Origin: an uncultured virus (IMG/VR IMGVR_UViG_3300048028_000412)
Lineage: Duplodnaviria; Heunggongvirae; Uroviricota; Caudoviricetes
DNA: 64,000 nt
Reading direction: 5' to 3' (one strand)
IMG/VR virus record: IMGVR_UViG_3300048028_000412
Below are positions 48,585-58,375 of the stretch, piece after piece. Positions within the stretch are counted from its first letter, which is position 1. Every line of letters starts with the position of its first letter. The notes beneath the pieces are model-generated. The model had not been told where the DNA came from. It was given only the letters and a program-made list of their open reading frames with translations, and ran no database searches. A program made the position numbers and the translations under genes.

Positions 48585-49403
48585 TTAGAACCAACTATTG
48601 GTATCCATCCAACTGCTAGTAGTAGTAGTAGTAGTAGTAGTTGGTCTAGCACTAGGTCTAGCGGATGAGGTCCAAGTGTCTCCAAAAAAACCACCGGCGC
48701 CGGCATCCGAAATGCTTGGACCTGTATCAGTAGAACCAAAAAAATACTCATAATCCGTGCTTATACTCGGACCTGTATCATTATCATTACCTGAAGTAAT
48801 TGTTGGGCCTGGCGCTGGGGGCGGATCATCTTCCCACACTTCATATTCTACTTCTACGTCAACACTATAAGTTTCCATTGAATAATTAATAAACTGGCCA
48901 ATCGAAGAGTATTCTGCCGTAGCATGAGATAGGGCCGCCGCTTTATCAGTTGTAGAAATATTAATAGCTAAAAGAGGAATACTGTTATCACCCCCATTGT
49001 AGCTATAATTTGTTGATCCTGTACCGCATCTCCAGCTGTAAGTTGAATTACTTTGTAAAAAAAGCACTCCTTCCAATTCACCTGAAGCAGTAGTAGTAAG
49101 AGGAGTGCCAGAAGGTCCTCCGAGATCTGAAGGAAACTGCGTCTCAAACAAATATTTATCGCCTGGATTTCTAAACACAGAACTACGAGCTGAAGCATTA
49201 AAATCATTAATACTAAAACTTGTATTAGCAAATGCTGTCACGTCTCTATTTTGTAAAAATAACCAATGATTATCATTAGGTCTTAAACCTGAAAACTTAA
49301 AGTAAATAAAACGAGATCTAAATGCAGGATTAAAATCATATCCGTTATCTAATTCTCTTACTCTTGATTCTTGTTCTATTTTTGTTGCTGTTACCCAGGG
49401 CAT
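48585..49403 (-). CDS. VrlC/DUF4815-like structural protein, middle part, with low-complexity tail
   Basis: RSR.I.F...GLRPN, LTT..SG.L.G; Thr/Ser/Pro-rich C-terminus. Confidence 0.65.
   Translation of the reverse strand: MPWVTATKIEQESRVRELDNGYDFNPAFRSRFIYFKFSGLRPNDNHWLFLQNRDVTAFANTSFSINDFNASARSSVFRNPGDKYLFETQFPSDLGGPSGTPLTTTASGELEGVLFLQSNSTYSWRCGTGSTNYSYNGGDNSIPLLAINISTTDKAAALSHATAEYSSIGQFINYSMETYSVDVEVEYEVWEDDPPPAPGPTITSGNDNDTGPSISTDYEYFFGSTDTGPSISDAGAGGFFGDTWTSSARPSARPTTTTTTTTSSWMDTNSWF
48617..48640. repeat. Trinucleotide microsatellite (TAG)8 within a poly-Thr codon run
   Basis: tagtagtagtagtagtagtagtag. Confidence 0.95.
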
Positions 49404-52336
49404 TATGCTTCCTCGTTCTGATTACCTTGAGAAAGAACAACCGTATCACCTTGTGTAGTGAGCGATTCATTATGCTCTCCTACATGGTTAACGTCAACTT
49501 CTCTTCTCATTTCATATGTATCAACTGCCGGCTCAACGAATCCTGAACCAATAAACTTAACAAGTTCAAATCTATTTACACTTTGATATCCAGTTGCCTT
49601 GTCCTGATTGACCATAACAGTTTCAGTAAAGTTTGGCCAAATAGTACTACCATGCAGAGCCACTCCGCTTGATGCAGCAGAATCATATTTAAGGCCAATA
49701 TCTCTCCAGTATCTCATTGGCGCTAGGACGCCAGATTTCTTACGAATAGCAGCCTTGTAATCATTATCTGTTACTTTAGATTGAATGTTATTAGTAAACG
49801 TGTCTCCTGTCATTCCTTGTTTCACACGATCAGGTATAACTGTCCGTTCTAGTTCAATTTCAGCAAGTGAAAGCGAAGTTAACTCTTCTACATTTTCCAC
49901 ACGTCTTTCAATCTTGCGGATATCTGACATTTTATAACCACGGTTATCATACTTAGACTGCATAAGGTCGCGCTCATTAAGATGATAAGGAGCCAACATA
50001 ATTCTATGTAATCTCATAGACGAAGAAGGAACTCCTTCAGGATCACTGGGAGATAAGCTTGTTACTCCCGTATGCACTTCAAGATTACCATTATTATTAA
50101 TAGCTACTATATCTACTCTAGGCTCCCATATAGACACCTCACCAATATCAATCGTATCAGTATTTCTTGGAACATATTGAATTACTGCTCCTGTACCAGC
50201 AAAATCGTCACCGGTATTATCTTTTACAGATCTTAGATCCATAACGTCTGATAGCCTTACAGTAGCACCTGTTTCAGTATTATAATATGGAATCTTATCG
50301 TATTCTAAATCTGGATAAGATGCGCCGCCAGCAAAATAATCTCCGGTAGTATGATCAAAGCTATCAAAGGTAACGACTACATTACCTGAAGGGGCAGCGG
50401 CACCACCTTTAAGTTTACCAGATCCTACAGTATAGAAATTATCGCGCTGGCCGTTATCGAAAATAAATCTATGAGTAATGTCCTCACTTGTCGTGCTATC
50501 TACGACGCTTTTAAATTTATAAACGTCATGATGAGAAAGTGTAAATTTACCCCCCGAAAGCGCTAGCGTTTGAGTCCGGTCAACAACAAGAGTTTTAGTT
50601 TTTCTTACTGCAGTTTTTCTTTCATATCCAAACAATCTAACTGATCCATTAGTAAGGCCAGTAATAGTTGCTGAAGACGTAGGAGTACCTGATACTGTAG
50701 GAGGAGAAATAAGATTATTATTATTTGCCACTTCTTCTACAATCCATTGCTCTTGATCAGCAAATGTATTTCCGCCTGTAGAGAACGTAGCTGAATTATT
50801 GGACGCAGTGGCTGTATATACTTTACCTATATTTAAAGTTACAGATCCATCTTTAACTGTATTAATTCTTCCGGGTAAAGGAAATAATAGATTATTTTCT
50901 AACTTATCAATAATATCATAGTTGCTATTAATAGCCACAATGTTACCATAGCTATTAGCACTAGTACCTACGCTACGAGCATTTCTTAGTGAGTTAGAGC
51001 CGTACATTTCAACATCAAAAACGTGTAATCTAAAATCATTATCGAACTCATCAATATTTCTAATTCTAGCTCTACCTATAGAACTACCGCTTGTTGCAGT
51101 GCCGCTATAGATTCCTACAGAATCATATCCGTTAATTACATCAAGAAGACCTTTAGTATTAGCACCATCAGTTAAAAAGTAATTACCATATCTCGCTGAA
51201 ATAAATTCATTATTTTTAGTTGTTATGTCGTCTACAAGATTTCTTGGTTTAGCTACTTTAATAGGAGCTAAGTTTTGCTTGTCATATCTCTTTCCGTTAA
51301 CAAAGGCTGTACCATCTGAAACTTGGTACCAAAGATAATCTGAACTATCTGGCTTAGTTGAGATAGTAAGGTCAAGGGAACCAAGCCTTTCATCCACAAT
51401 AAAGTTGCCATTAGTATCATTAGCTCTGTTGTATATAATACCACCTAGAGTTGATAACACATTATCCGCGGTTTGTACATTGGTGACATAACCTTGATTA
51501 AGTTTCATAAGCGGATAAAATGTTTTACCGGCAGTTTTATCTGCTTCTTTTTTTAGCGTAAGGGTAATTCTTAGTCTATCAGCTCCCGGAGAAGTTAAGT
51601 TAGGAGTAGCGCCGGAGTTGTCATATAATGCAACATTATCAGATGTGTTGTAAATTTCTTGTGTAACTTCAAAACCCACAGTACCATTAAACTGAGGGTT
51701 AAACTTGTCTAGTACCAGTGACTGTTTTTCTACGAACAAAATATGTCCGGCGGCAAAGGTATTAAATTCAGGAACTTCTAAGAATGAGGCATTACCAATA
51801 GCATCTTGCACCTGTTCATCCGTAGATACACTCAGCTCGTAAGAAGTGGATCTAATGGTAGCTGTTAATGTATCAGCTGGATTAAATTTAACAGAAACTG
51901 TAGTATCTTCAGAGGTAGTAGAATTAGCGTCGATATATTTTACTAGTAAAGTATTATAAACATCTGTACCAACAGAGCTATTTACAGAAGTAGAAGGAAT
52001 AACAGCTTTTATTATAGCCTTTACGCCATTTTGATTAGAGAATGTTTCCCCGACAAATACATCATAGCCCACTGGAAGTGTAGATACCCGTACGAAACCA
52101 ATAGGATCGTTTGCACTGTTTGATGTGCCGTAAGAAGTATTAAATAACCCACCAGGAGTAAAAATAAATTTAGCAATACGCTCAATTTCTTTTTGAATAA
52201 TCGTCTGAGATTGAGTTAATTCTCTTGCCTGCAGAGCTCTTCCGTTATTAAAAAGAATTCTATGATAGTGATCGCTATCACGATAATCATCGTTGTAGGA
52301 GCCAAGAAATGTATTTTCGTTTACCGTAGTTGCCAT
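49403..52336 (-). CDS. VrlC/DUF4815-like structural protein, N-terminal part
   Basis: YHRILF..GRALQARELTQ.Q, PGADR, Y.M.DI.KIERRV.N.E..TSLSL.E. Confidence 0.8.
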   Translation of the reverse strand: MATTVNENTFLGSYNDDYRDSDHYHRILFNNGRALQARELTQSQTIIQKEIERIAKFIFTPGGLFNTSYGTSNSANDPIGFVRVSTLPVGYDVFVGETFSNQNGVKAIIKAVIPSTSVNSSVGTDVYNTLLVKYIDANSTTSEDTTVSVKFNPADTLTATIRSTSYELSVSTDEQVQDAIGNASFLEVPEFNTFAAGHILFVEKQSLVLDKFNPQFNGTVGFEVTQEIYNTSDNVALYDNSGATPNLTSPGADRLRITLTLKKEADKTAGKTFYPLMKLNQGYVTNVQTADNVLSTLGGIIYNRANDTNGNFIVDERLGSLDLTISTKPDSSDYLWYQVSDGTAFVNGKRYDKQNLAPIKVAKPRNLVDDITTKNNEFISARYGNYFLTDGANTKGLLDVINGYDSVGIYSGTATSGSSIGRARIRNIDEFDNDFRLHVFDVEMYGSNSLRNARSVGTSANSYGNIVAINSNYDIIDKLENNLLFPLPGRINTVKDGSVTLNIGKVYTATASNNSATFSTGGNTFADQEQWIVEEVANNNNLISPPTVSGTPTSSATITGLTNGSVRLFGYERKTAVRKTKTLVVDRTQTLALSGGKFTLSHHDVYKFKSVVDSTTSEDITHRFIFDNGQRDNFYTVGSGKLKGGAAAPSGNVVVTFDSFDHTTGDYFAGGASYPDLEYDKIPYYNTETGATVRLSDVMDLRSVKDNTGDDFAGTGAVIQYVPRNTDTIDIGEVSIWEPRVDIVAINNNGNLEVHTGVTSLSPSDPEGVPSSSMRLHRIMLAPYHLNERDLMQSKYDNRGYKMSDIRKIERRVENVEELTSLSLAEIELERTVIPDRVKQGMTGDTFTNNIQSKVTDNDYKAAIRKKSGVLAPMRYWRDIGLKYDSAASSGVALHGSTIWPNFTETVMVNQDKATGYQSVNRFELVKFIGSGFVEPAVDTYEMRREVDVNHVGEHNESLTTQGDTVVLSQGNQNEEA

Positions 52337-52345
52337 GATTTATCC

Positions 52346-53845
52346 TTATAGTCTTACTACAACTTTAATATCTTCTGTTTGCTGAGGATCCCGGGCAGTA
52401 GCTGATTGATTGCTAACAAACAAAACTTCACCAGAAAATCTATCAACATCTGGAGCAATGTTAGCGGAATCAATAGTTAAACTACCTGATATTTTGCCAG
52501 GAACAGTAACAGCTTCACCATCTACAAACGCGGTAAATCCAGTTTCTTCTGTCTGATGATACCAAATAGTAGCGCTGTCGTCGTTCCATGCCATGTAACC
52601 TTGGGCGTTACTATCTGTACCAAATATAATAGGATCATCATCAAATTCTAACTGATATTCGCCTGACGCCTGTAGATAATCTCCATCACCAAACGCCAAG
52701 TTAGCTCTCATTTTCTTAAGAGCTGTTCCTGCTTCTGCAGTAAATAATGTGCCATTAGCACTGTCTTTAATATTCTTGATTAATCCGATTTGCCTATAGT
52801 CCTGATCAACCGGCCATGTGGGGCTGTTATTAACATTAACGCCACCAACAGGCTTAATATTGAACATCAGAGATGTTGACCTGAGATCTTTTCTTGCATC
52901 AGCTCCAGTTCCTGCTATGGGGCCAAAAACAGGAGCAATAACAGCATCGGTACCACCAGCTTGTAGATTAGTAGCACTTACGTTTATATTAGCATAATCA
53001 TAACCAGATCCCTGATCTGCTGCAAAGGAAATAGCTCCAGCATCTGGGCTATCACCAACTTCTACGGCTGCAATTGAATTATTAATTGGATTTAAAATAG
53101 CATAAGCTTTTGCGTTAACACCATTTCCCACGACAGTAAGAGCCGGGCCTACCTTTTGCCCGGAAGAATGAACAGTGCCCGTGTAAGGTCCGCCCGGAGT
53201 GATTACTCGATATCCTATAATTTGTCCAGGTACTGCAGCATTTTGAACTGAAAGCTGAGAGAATCTAGGGTCTGTTAATTCAGCTGAATCTACGAACTCT
53301 ACAGGCATAAAATTAGTTGTTAAAAAATTATTAGCAGCTGCAGTCGTAATAGTATACATGTATTTCCATACATAACCATCTGTTTCAGGTGCAAGAGTTA
53401 TATTAGTATGATCCGGTTTTACTGTAGAAGTTTTAGGAGTACCGTCACTGTTTTTACCTTTGCGCAAACAAATGTAAACTTTATTTTCATCTGTTCTTAT
53501 ATAGTAAGTATTTTGAGGCTGGCCTGATATAGCATCGCTGTACTGATAATATTCTTTATTGGGCGACCAGTCATAGTCTGGCCCACCTGGAATTACGAAT
53601 GAAAGATTTTCTGCAGCTTTGACTGATTGTAAATTATATCTAAATAATCTTTCTTCTCTGTCGTGGTTGTCAGCAGCTGTAGTATTAGGTACTACATCGG
53701 TTTGAGCCTCTGCTTGCCATTGTTGCGATCTACCTACTCCAATATAATAGTAATTATTGGAGTCACCAATATTAGCTGTGTTAAACTCGTCAAAAATAGT
53801 TTGAGCTAATTGTAATTTAATTTTATCTGTAATTATCGCTGCCAT
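52346..53845 (-). CDS. gp8: Baseplate wedge subunit
   Basis: VYICL, DGYVWKYMYTI, YRQIGLIKN, SGEVLFV.N, EDIKVV. Confidence 0.9.
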   Translation of the reverse strand: MAAIITDKIKLQLAQTIFDEFNTANIGDSNNYYYIGVGRSQQWQAEAQTDVVPNTTAADNHDREERLFRYNLQSVKAAENLSFVIPGGPDYDWSPNKEYYQYSDAISGQPQNTYYIRTDENKVYICLRKGKNSDGTPKTSTVKPDHTNITLAPETDGYVWKYMYTITTAAANNFLTTNFMPVEFVDSAELTDPRFSQLSVQNAAVPGQIIGYRVITPGGPYTGTVHSSGQKVGPALTVVGNGVNAKAYAILNPINNSIAAVEVGDSPDAGAISFAADQGSGYDYANINVSATNLQAGGTDAVIAPVFGPIAGTGADARKDLRSTSLMFNIKPVGGVNVNNSPTWPVDQDYRQIGLIKNIKDSANGTLFTAEAGTALKKMRANLAFGDGDYLQASGEYQLEFDDDPIIFGTDSNAQGYMAWNDDSATIWYHQTEETGFTAFVDGEAVTVPGKISGSLTIDSANIAPDVDRFSGEVLFVSNQSATARDPQQTEDIKVVVRL

Positions 53846-53857
53846 TGTTATACCCTA

Positions 53858-54817
53858 TTAAGAAATTGTATAGCCTTCACCACCAATAACGCTCCACTGA
53901 GAGCCATTCCAAATAATCATAACCGTATCATTTGGTGATAGTGCAATACTAGTTCCTTGAGAAAAATTAGTTGGAGTAACCGTTGTGGTATTAGCTCCGT
54001 CATGGGTAAATACCTTTACTTCACCCGTTGTTAATCCATTATCTACTGTAGCAACAATATTAGCTGTTGCTGTACTTTGAATATAACTTATATTTTGAGC
54101 TACAGTGCTTGTTGAGCTAATAGTACCTGAAGAATAAGCAAGTTTACTAACTCTTACTGAACCAGCTCCTTTGGGATTAAGCTCTAAATTAATATTAGTG
54201 TCTGCAGATCCCTCTGTAGAAATAATAGGAGAATCAGGAGAAGCTTTGCTCTCAATCCTTAATCTATTTCTAGCATTTACTGTATCAGTAAACGATATGA
54301 CTGGATGCCCATTCGAATCTGCTAACCATTCATGAACGTTAGCTCTTTTTAGCGTAGGTAGATTTAAAGTTTTATTTGTAAGAGACTGTGTATCAGTAGT
54401 ACCGACAACTACCCCGGCTGGAATAGTTTTACGACTGGCTGCCCCATCAATAATTCCTGAAGCATTAGATAGAATAAAACTAGAAGTAGCAAGTCCAGAT
54501 AATGTATTATCATCAGCGCTAATGGTTTTGTTCGTAAGTGTTTGAGTGGCCGTATCAACTACTACGTTACCAGCTGAATCAGGAAAATCAATATTAATTG
54601 TCGAAGCCGGATCAGCAGCTCCTACCTGCGTAATAAAGCTGCTTCCTACGATAGAAATACCGCTGTCCGTAAGTCGTGTAACATTACCTAAAGTTGCACC
54701 ACCAAACTGGTTGTACAACTCTGTAAAATTATTATTAATTTTATTGCCAGCAGCTCTAAGGGTATCGCCTGTACCATCATTAGCCGCCGAGCCAACATTA
54801 ATTGCTTCTTGAACCAT
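53858..54817 (-). CDS. Baseplate tail-fibre connector (gp9/gp10-type N-terminus)
   Basis: INVG..ANDGTGDTLR.AG.KIN.NF.ELY; QTLTNKT repeats. Confidence 0.75.
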   Translation of the reverse strand: MVQEAINVGSAANDGTGDTLRAAGNKINNNFTELYNQFGGATLGNVTRLTDSGISIVGSSFITQVGAADPASTINIDFPDSAGNVVVDTATQTLTNKTISADDNTLSGLATSSFILSNASGIIDGAASRKTIPAGVVVGTTDTQSLTNKTLNLPTLKRANVHEWLADSNGHPVISFTDTVNARNRLRIESKASPDSPIISTEGSADTNINLELNPKGAGSVRVSKLAYSSGTISSTSTVAQNISYIQSTATANIVATVDNGLTTGEVKVFTHDGANTTTVTPTNFSQGTSIALSPNDTVMIIWNGSQWSVIGGEGYTIS

Positions 54818-54841
54818 ATCTGTGCCTTAATTGATTAACAT

Positions 54842-54849
54842 TATTTATA
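54842..54849 (-). promoter_or_regulatory. T4-type late promoter
   Basis: TATAAATA in intergenic gap. Confidence 0.8.
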
Positions 54850-54861
54850 TAGGTAATTAGT

Positions 54862-55896
54862 CTAATTCGCTGAATCATATTGAGTATCGTATATACCTTT
54901 ATCAAATGTTTGTGTATATGTTTTAAGTTTAGTAGCACTTGAATCCTCGTCAAAGCTAACAAGAGTAACGACATCAGAGTCATCCATAGTAAGTGAGTTA
55001 GGTGACAACAATTCAGCAAACGTATAATTATCAATATCGCCTAGTACCACATCTTTTGCAATGGATACAAATGTATCAACATCTTGGCGATGTACGGTGA
55101 ATGTTGCATCACCATGATTAAGTAGAGTAATATCTTTATCAGCTCTAATATCAAACGATGCTACAACCTGAATAGAAATAAATTCTGCTGGTTTTTCACC
55201 GACATCATCTTGTAATACTGGCAGAGGATTTATATTAGCCGCTTCTATTACTAATTCTGAGCCAATAAAAAATCCAGCAGGGTGTACAAATAATTTATAT
55301 GTATCTATCCACTTACCTACAGGAATTGTGCTGCGAAGAAGTATTGAAAGAGTTTGATATAATTTATCATTTGTTATATAGCGTAAAGATTCCGGGCCAA
55401 GATTTGAAGCCCTCTCTTTAACTTGTTCCCCCGCAGTGTTAACGCTGTCTTTCTCGAGGTCAATGGCCGGGCCAACTCTAAAAACATTTTCTTTAGGATA
55501 AATTACTTCTGGATCTACGCCAAAAAAACCTCTAAAAAATTGCTCGATACTATACTTAGTGCCTTTAGACCTATATAGTGTATTAGAAAACTTTACTGCT
55601 TCTCTTTTATTAATAAATCCACCAAAATATGCTTCCCCTAAGAGCAGTTCATCTTCAAGAAAAGGAAGTTGCATCTTAGGAATAGAAGTAGCATCTCGAG
55701 TAGAATAAATTCTATTTAAAATACCATTAGGATTTGAATCTTTTTCCATCCATTCATAGTAAGATTCAAACAATTCTATAAGATTAGGATTGTCCTGAAC
55801 TATATGGTCAGGTAATACTTTTTTAACCTCAGCCCTATGAAAAGGAAGAGCCTTGCGATTATTGTCAAGTAATGTAAGATCTCTTTTATGTGACAT
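54862..55896 (-). CDS. Short gp7-like baseplate wedge protein
   Basis: YYEWME, YRSKGT..SI..FFR, VHPAGF; position after gp6. Confidence 0.7.
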   Translation of the reverse strand: MSHKRDLTLLDNNRKALPFHRAEVKKVLPDHIVQDNPNLIELFESYYEWMEKDSNPNGILNRIYSTRDATSIPKMQLPFLEDELLLGEAYFGGFINKREAVKFSNTLYRSKGTKYSIEQFFRGFFGVDPEVIYPKENVFRVGPAIDLEKDSVNTAGEQVKERASNLGPESLRYITNDKLYQTLSILLRSTIPVGKWIDTYKLFVHPAGFFIGSELVIEAANINPLPVLQDDVGEKPAEFISIQVVASFDIRADKDITLLNHGDATFTVHRQDVDTFVSIAKDVVLGDIDNYTFAELLSPNSLTMDDSDVVTLVSFDEDSSATKLKTYTQTFDKGIYDTQYDSAN

Positions 55897-57905
55897 TAGT
55901 TAAGAGCATTCGTTGATACGGCTTTAGATGTTGATGCATCAGCATCATATACTAAAAGGTCGTTTCTGGTTGGAGTAATAGCACTTTGATTTGCAGGAAC
56001 GGCTGCTAGTTTTACATACTCAAATCCTCCGATAATAGCTTGAGGATTAAAATAATTTACTGTTACTGTACCTAATACTGAATCAAACGACCCAATGTTA
56101 TCGACAATAACTTCTGTACCAGATGCTTGTACAATTTCTAAATTATTGGTAGATAATTTGTTGCGAATAATACAAGTTTTATTATTGTATATAAAAGCGC
56201 TACTTGTAATAATATATTCATCGTCATCCTTAGTGGCAATAGAAACTGGAAATTTCATTGTCTGTGATGTTGATATAGAAGCACTTAGGAGCTCTGATCT
56301 TACAGTATTAAAATTAGAAGAAGTAGCATATTCATTATTAATAAGAAATGTAGTGGCCTTATCATATTGGCCAGAAGTTACTAATTTTACTATATAATTT
56401 AATGTATTAGAATCATTAGAAATTCTGTTTGTTGTTATATTATTAATAACAGCTATAAGATTAGGAGAAGAAGGAATAAACCTTTGCTGCATTCGAACGT
56501 TAGCTCTACTTGATAGCACCGCTGTACTAACATCGTCTACTAATGTTAATAGGTTAGATCTTCTAAATGATTGCCCAAATCCTCCTACCGTATCAGCAAA
56601 ATAAGCGGCAATTGTAGAAGTAACATTAGAAGTTATAGAATTTAAAGTTTGTTCTGTAAGAGATGAGTTAAACTGGAAAAATGTATCAAGTTCAATAAAT
56701 GTAGTGACAGGATCAGCAAACCTAATATTAAACCCTGCGATCGCAAGTTGTTCTGCTAATGTTTCAATACTTATTTTAGTGTTAGCTTTTGTAGAAGCAT
56801 CAACATCATCTTCAAATAGTATAGAGGTAAACACTGCACCGAATTCAGGCTCAATAGCATCTTGGCCACCAAACGTGGTAATATCTTTAATAAGTGTAGA
56901 ATATTGTTTTAAAATTAACGAAGTATAATCAGATGCGGTAACCATTCTATTCTGGGTCGCATACTGAAAAGGCGCATTTTTTTTAATAGAAGAAATACTT
57001 TCTTTTGCGTCACCACCAGTTGAAGCTGTAAAGGTCGTGGTATTTAAAGTGGTGGTAATACCTCCAGCCGTAAGCTGAGACACGGGTGAAAACGTTGCCG
57101 CACCATTTGCTATTTTTCCATTTGTTGACACATACTGAATTTCAATTCTATTACCAGCCACTGGCGCAATACCAAATGTTTCTCCATCACCAAAAGAAAG
57201 CTCAAAGTTTCCATTAGGGGATTCTCTAAGAATGTAAATAGTAGTTCTAGCTGATATCGTTCTAGTATTAATAATATTTGTGTATGTAGAAAAATCATTA
57301 CCAGTGGTATCGGTATATACTTTTACGATAGCAGTATCAGCATCTAAATTAGCATCTGGAATAACGTAAACAGGATTATCAATTACTTCACCTACAAGGA
57401 AAGTTTTAGTTTTTATATCACCCTCATATATTGTAATTTGGTTGGACCCTGATGAAGTTTTAAACTCATAAAATCCAGTACCATCATCTTCAGCTTCTAT
57501 TGTTTCAATAGTTGAAAATGTATAGGTTACATTATCAACTTCGCTTGTAAACTTGGTATATGCCGGTAAATTAATCTTTTTGCTTCTTGTCGTTTCAGTA
57601 TTTGTAAAATAGATTCTTATTTTAGCTTGAGAAGATGTCTTAGTATCCGGAACATAACCAATACCTTCTGATAAAGACACGGCAGAGCTTCTAAGTTGTG
57701 CAGTACTTAAGTAAGATTCATTTAATGCAAAGTTAGCAATAAGTCCATTAATATGTGTATTATACGCTAACACGTCAAGAATATTAGATAGCGCAGCACC
57801 TTCAAAATTATAGTCACTGAATTCATCTTGATTCGCAAGATAAGATTTTAAATTATTTTTAATATTATTAAAATCTAATGCTGTTGATTTAATAGTTGTT
57901 GCCAT
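55896..57905 (-). CDS. gp6: Baseplate wedge subunit
   Basis: LDF..IK..L, DYNFEG..LS..LD.LAYNTH, FGDG..G, QNR.VT..DY. Confidence 0.95.
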   Translation of the reverse strand: MATTIKSTALDFNNIKNNLKSYLANQDEFSDYNFEGAALSNILDVLAYNTHINGLIANFALNESYLSTAQLRSSAVSLSEGIGYVPDTKTSSQAKIRIYFTNTETTRSKKINLPAYTKFTSEVDNVTYTFSTIETIEAEDDGTGFYEFKTSSGSNQITIYEGDIKTKTFLVGEVIDNPVYVIPDANLDADTAIVKVYTDTTGNDFSTYTNIINTRTISARTTIYILRESPNGNFELSFGDGETFGIAPVAGNRIEIQYVSTNGKIANGAATFSPVSQLTAGGITTTLNTTTFTASTGGDAKESISSIKKNAPFQYATQNRMVTASDYTSLILKQYSTLIKDITTFGGQDAIEPEFGAVFTSILFEDDVDASTKANTKISIETLAEQLAIAGFNIRFADPVTTFIELDTFFQFNSSLTEQTLNSITSNVTSTIAAYFADTVGGFGQSFRRSNLLTLVDDVSTAVLSSRANVRMQQRFIPSSPNLIAVINNITTNRISNDSNTLNYIVKLVTSGQYDKATTFLINNEYATSSNFNTVRSELLSASISTSQTMKFPVSIATKDDDEYIITSSAFIYNNKTCIIRNKLSTNNLEIVQASGTEVIVDNIGSFDSVLGTVTVNYFNPQAIIGGFEYVKLAAVPANQSAITPTRNDLLVYDADASTSKAVSTNALN

Positions 57906-58346
57906 TTATCTTAACCTTGAAAGTGTTGTAGATAGAGTAACTTGCTCTCTTGAATTTACTACTTGGAATACTATAGTAGTACTAACGCTATTTCGATCTG
58001 AATTAGATACAACTTTAATATCTAATATCAAAGCTCTAGGTTCATATGCTTCTATAGCTTCTTTTATTGTTCTTTTTATTGCTGATGTTGTTGTACCATC
58101 TGCCATTTCAAATAACATAGCCGAAACATTACCGCCAAAATATGGCTGAAATGGTTTTTCATAGTGATTAGTTAAAACAATATTCTTTACTGATTGTTTC
58201 ACCGCTGCCGCATCAATCTTTTTATATATCTCACCATTAGGTTTTGCGGTAAAGGAAATATCAATATCAGAAAACTTCTTTGATCTAGATACAATAATAC
58301 TTGCATCTAGATTTCTGTCTTCAACTGATAAAACTCTATTAGTCAT
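57906..58346 (-). CDS. gp25: Baseplate wedge / sheath initiator
   Basis: AVKQSVKNIVLT..YEKPF.P.FG, YEPR. Confidence 0.93.
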   Translation of the reverse strand: MTNRVLSVEDRNLDASIIVSRSKKFSDIDISFTAKPNGEIYKKIDAAAVKQSVKNIVLTNHYEKPFQPYFGGNVSAMLFEMADGTTTSAIKRTIKEAIEAYEPRALILDIKVVSNSDRNSVSTTIVFQVVNSREQVTLSTTLSRLR

Positions 58347-58364
58347 TTTAGCCCGTTTTTTCTT

Positions 58365-58372
58365 TATTTATA
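58365..58372 (-). promoter_or_regulatory. T4-type late promoter
   Basis: TATAAATA upstream of gp25. Confidence 0.8.
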
Positions 58373-58375
58373 CGT

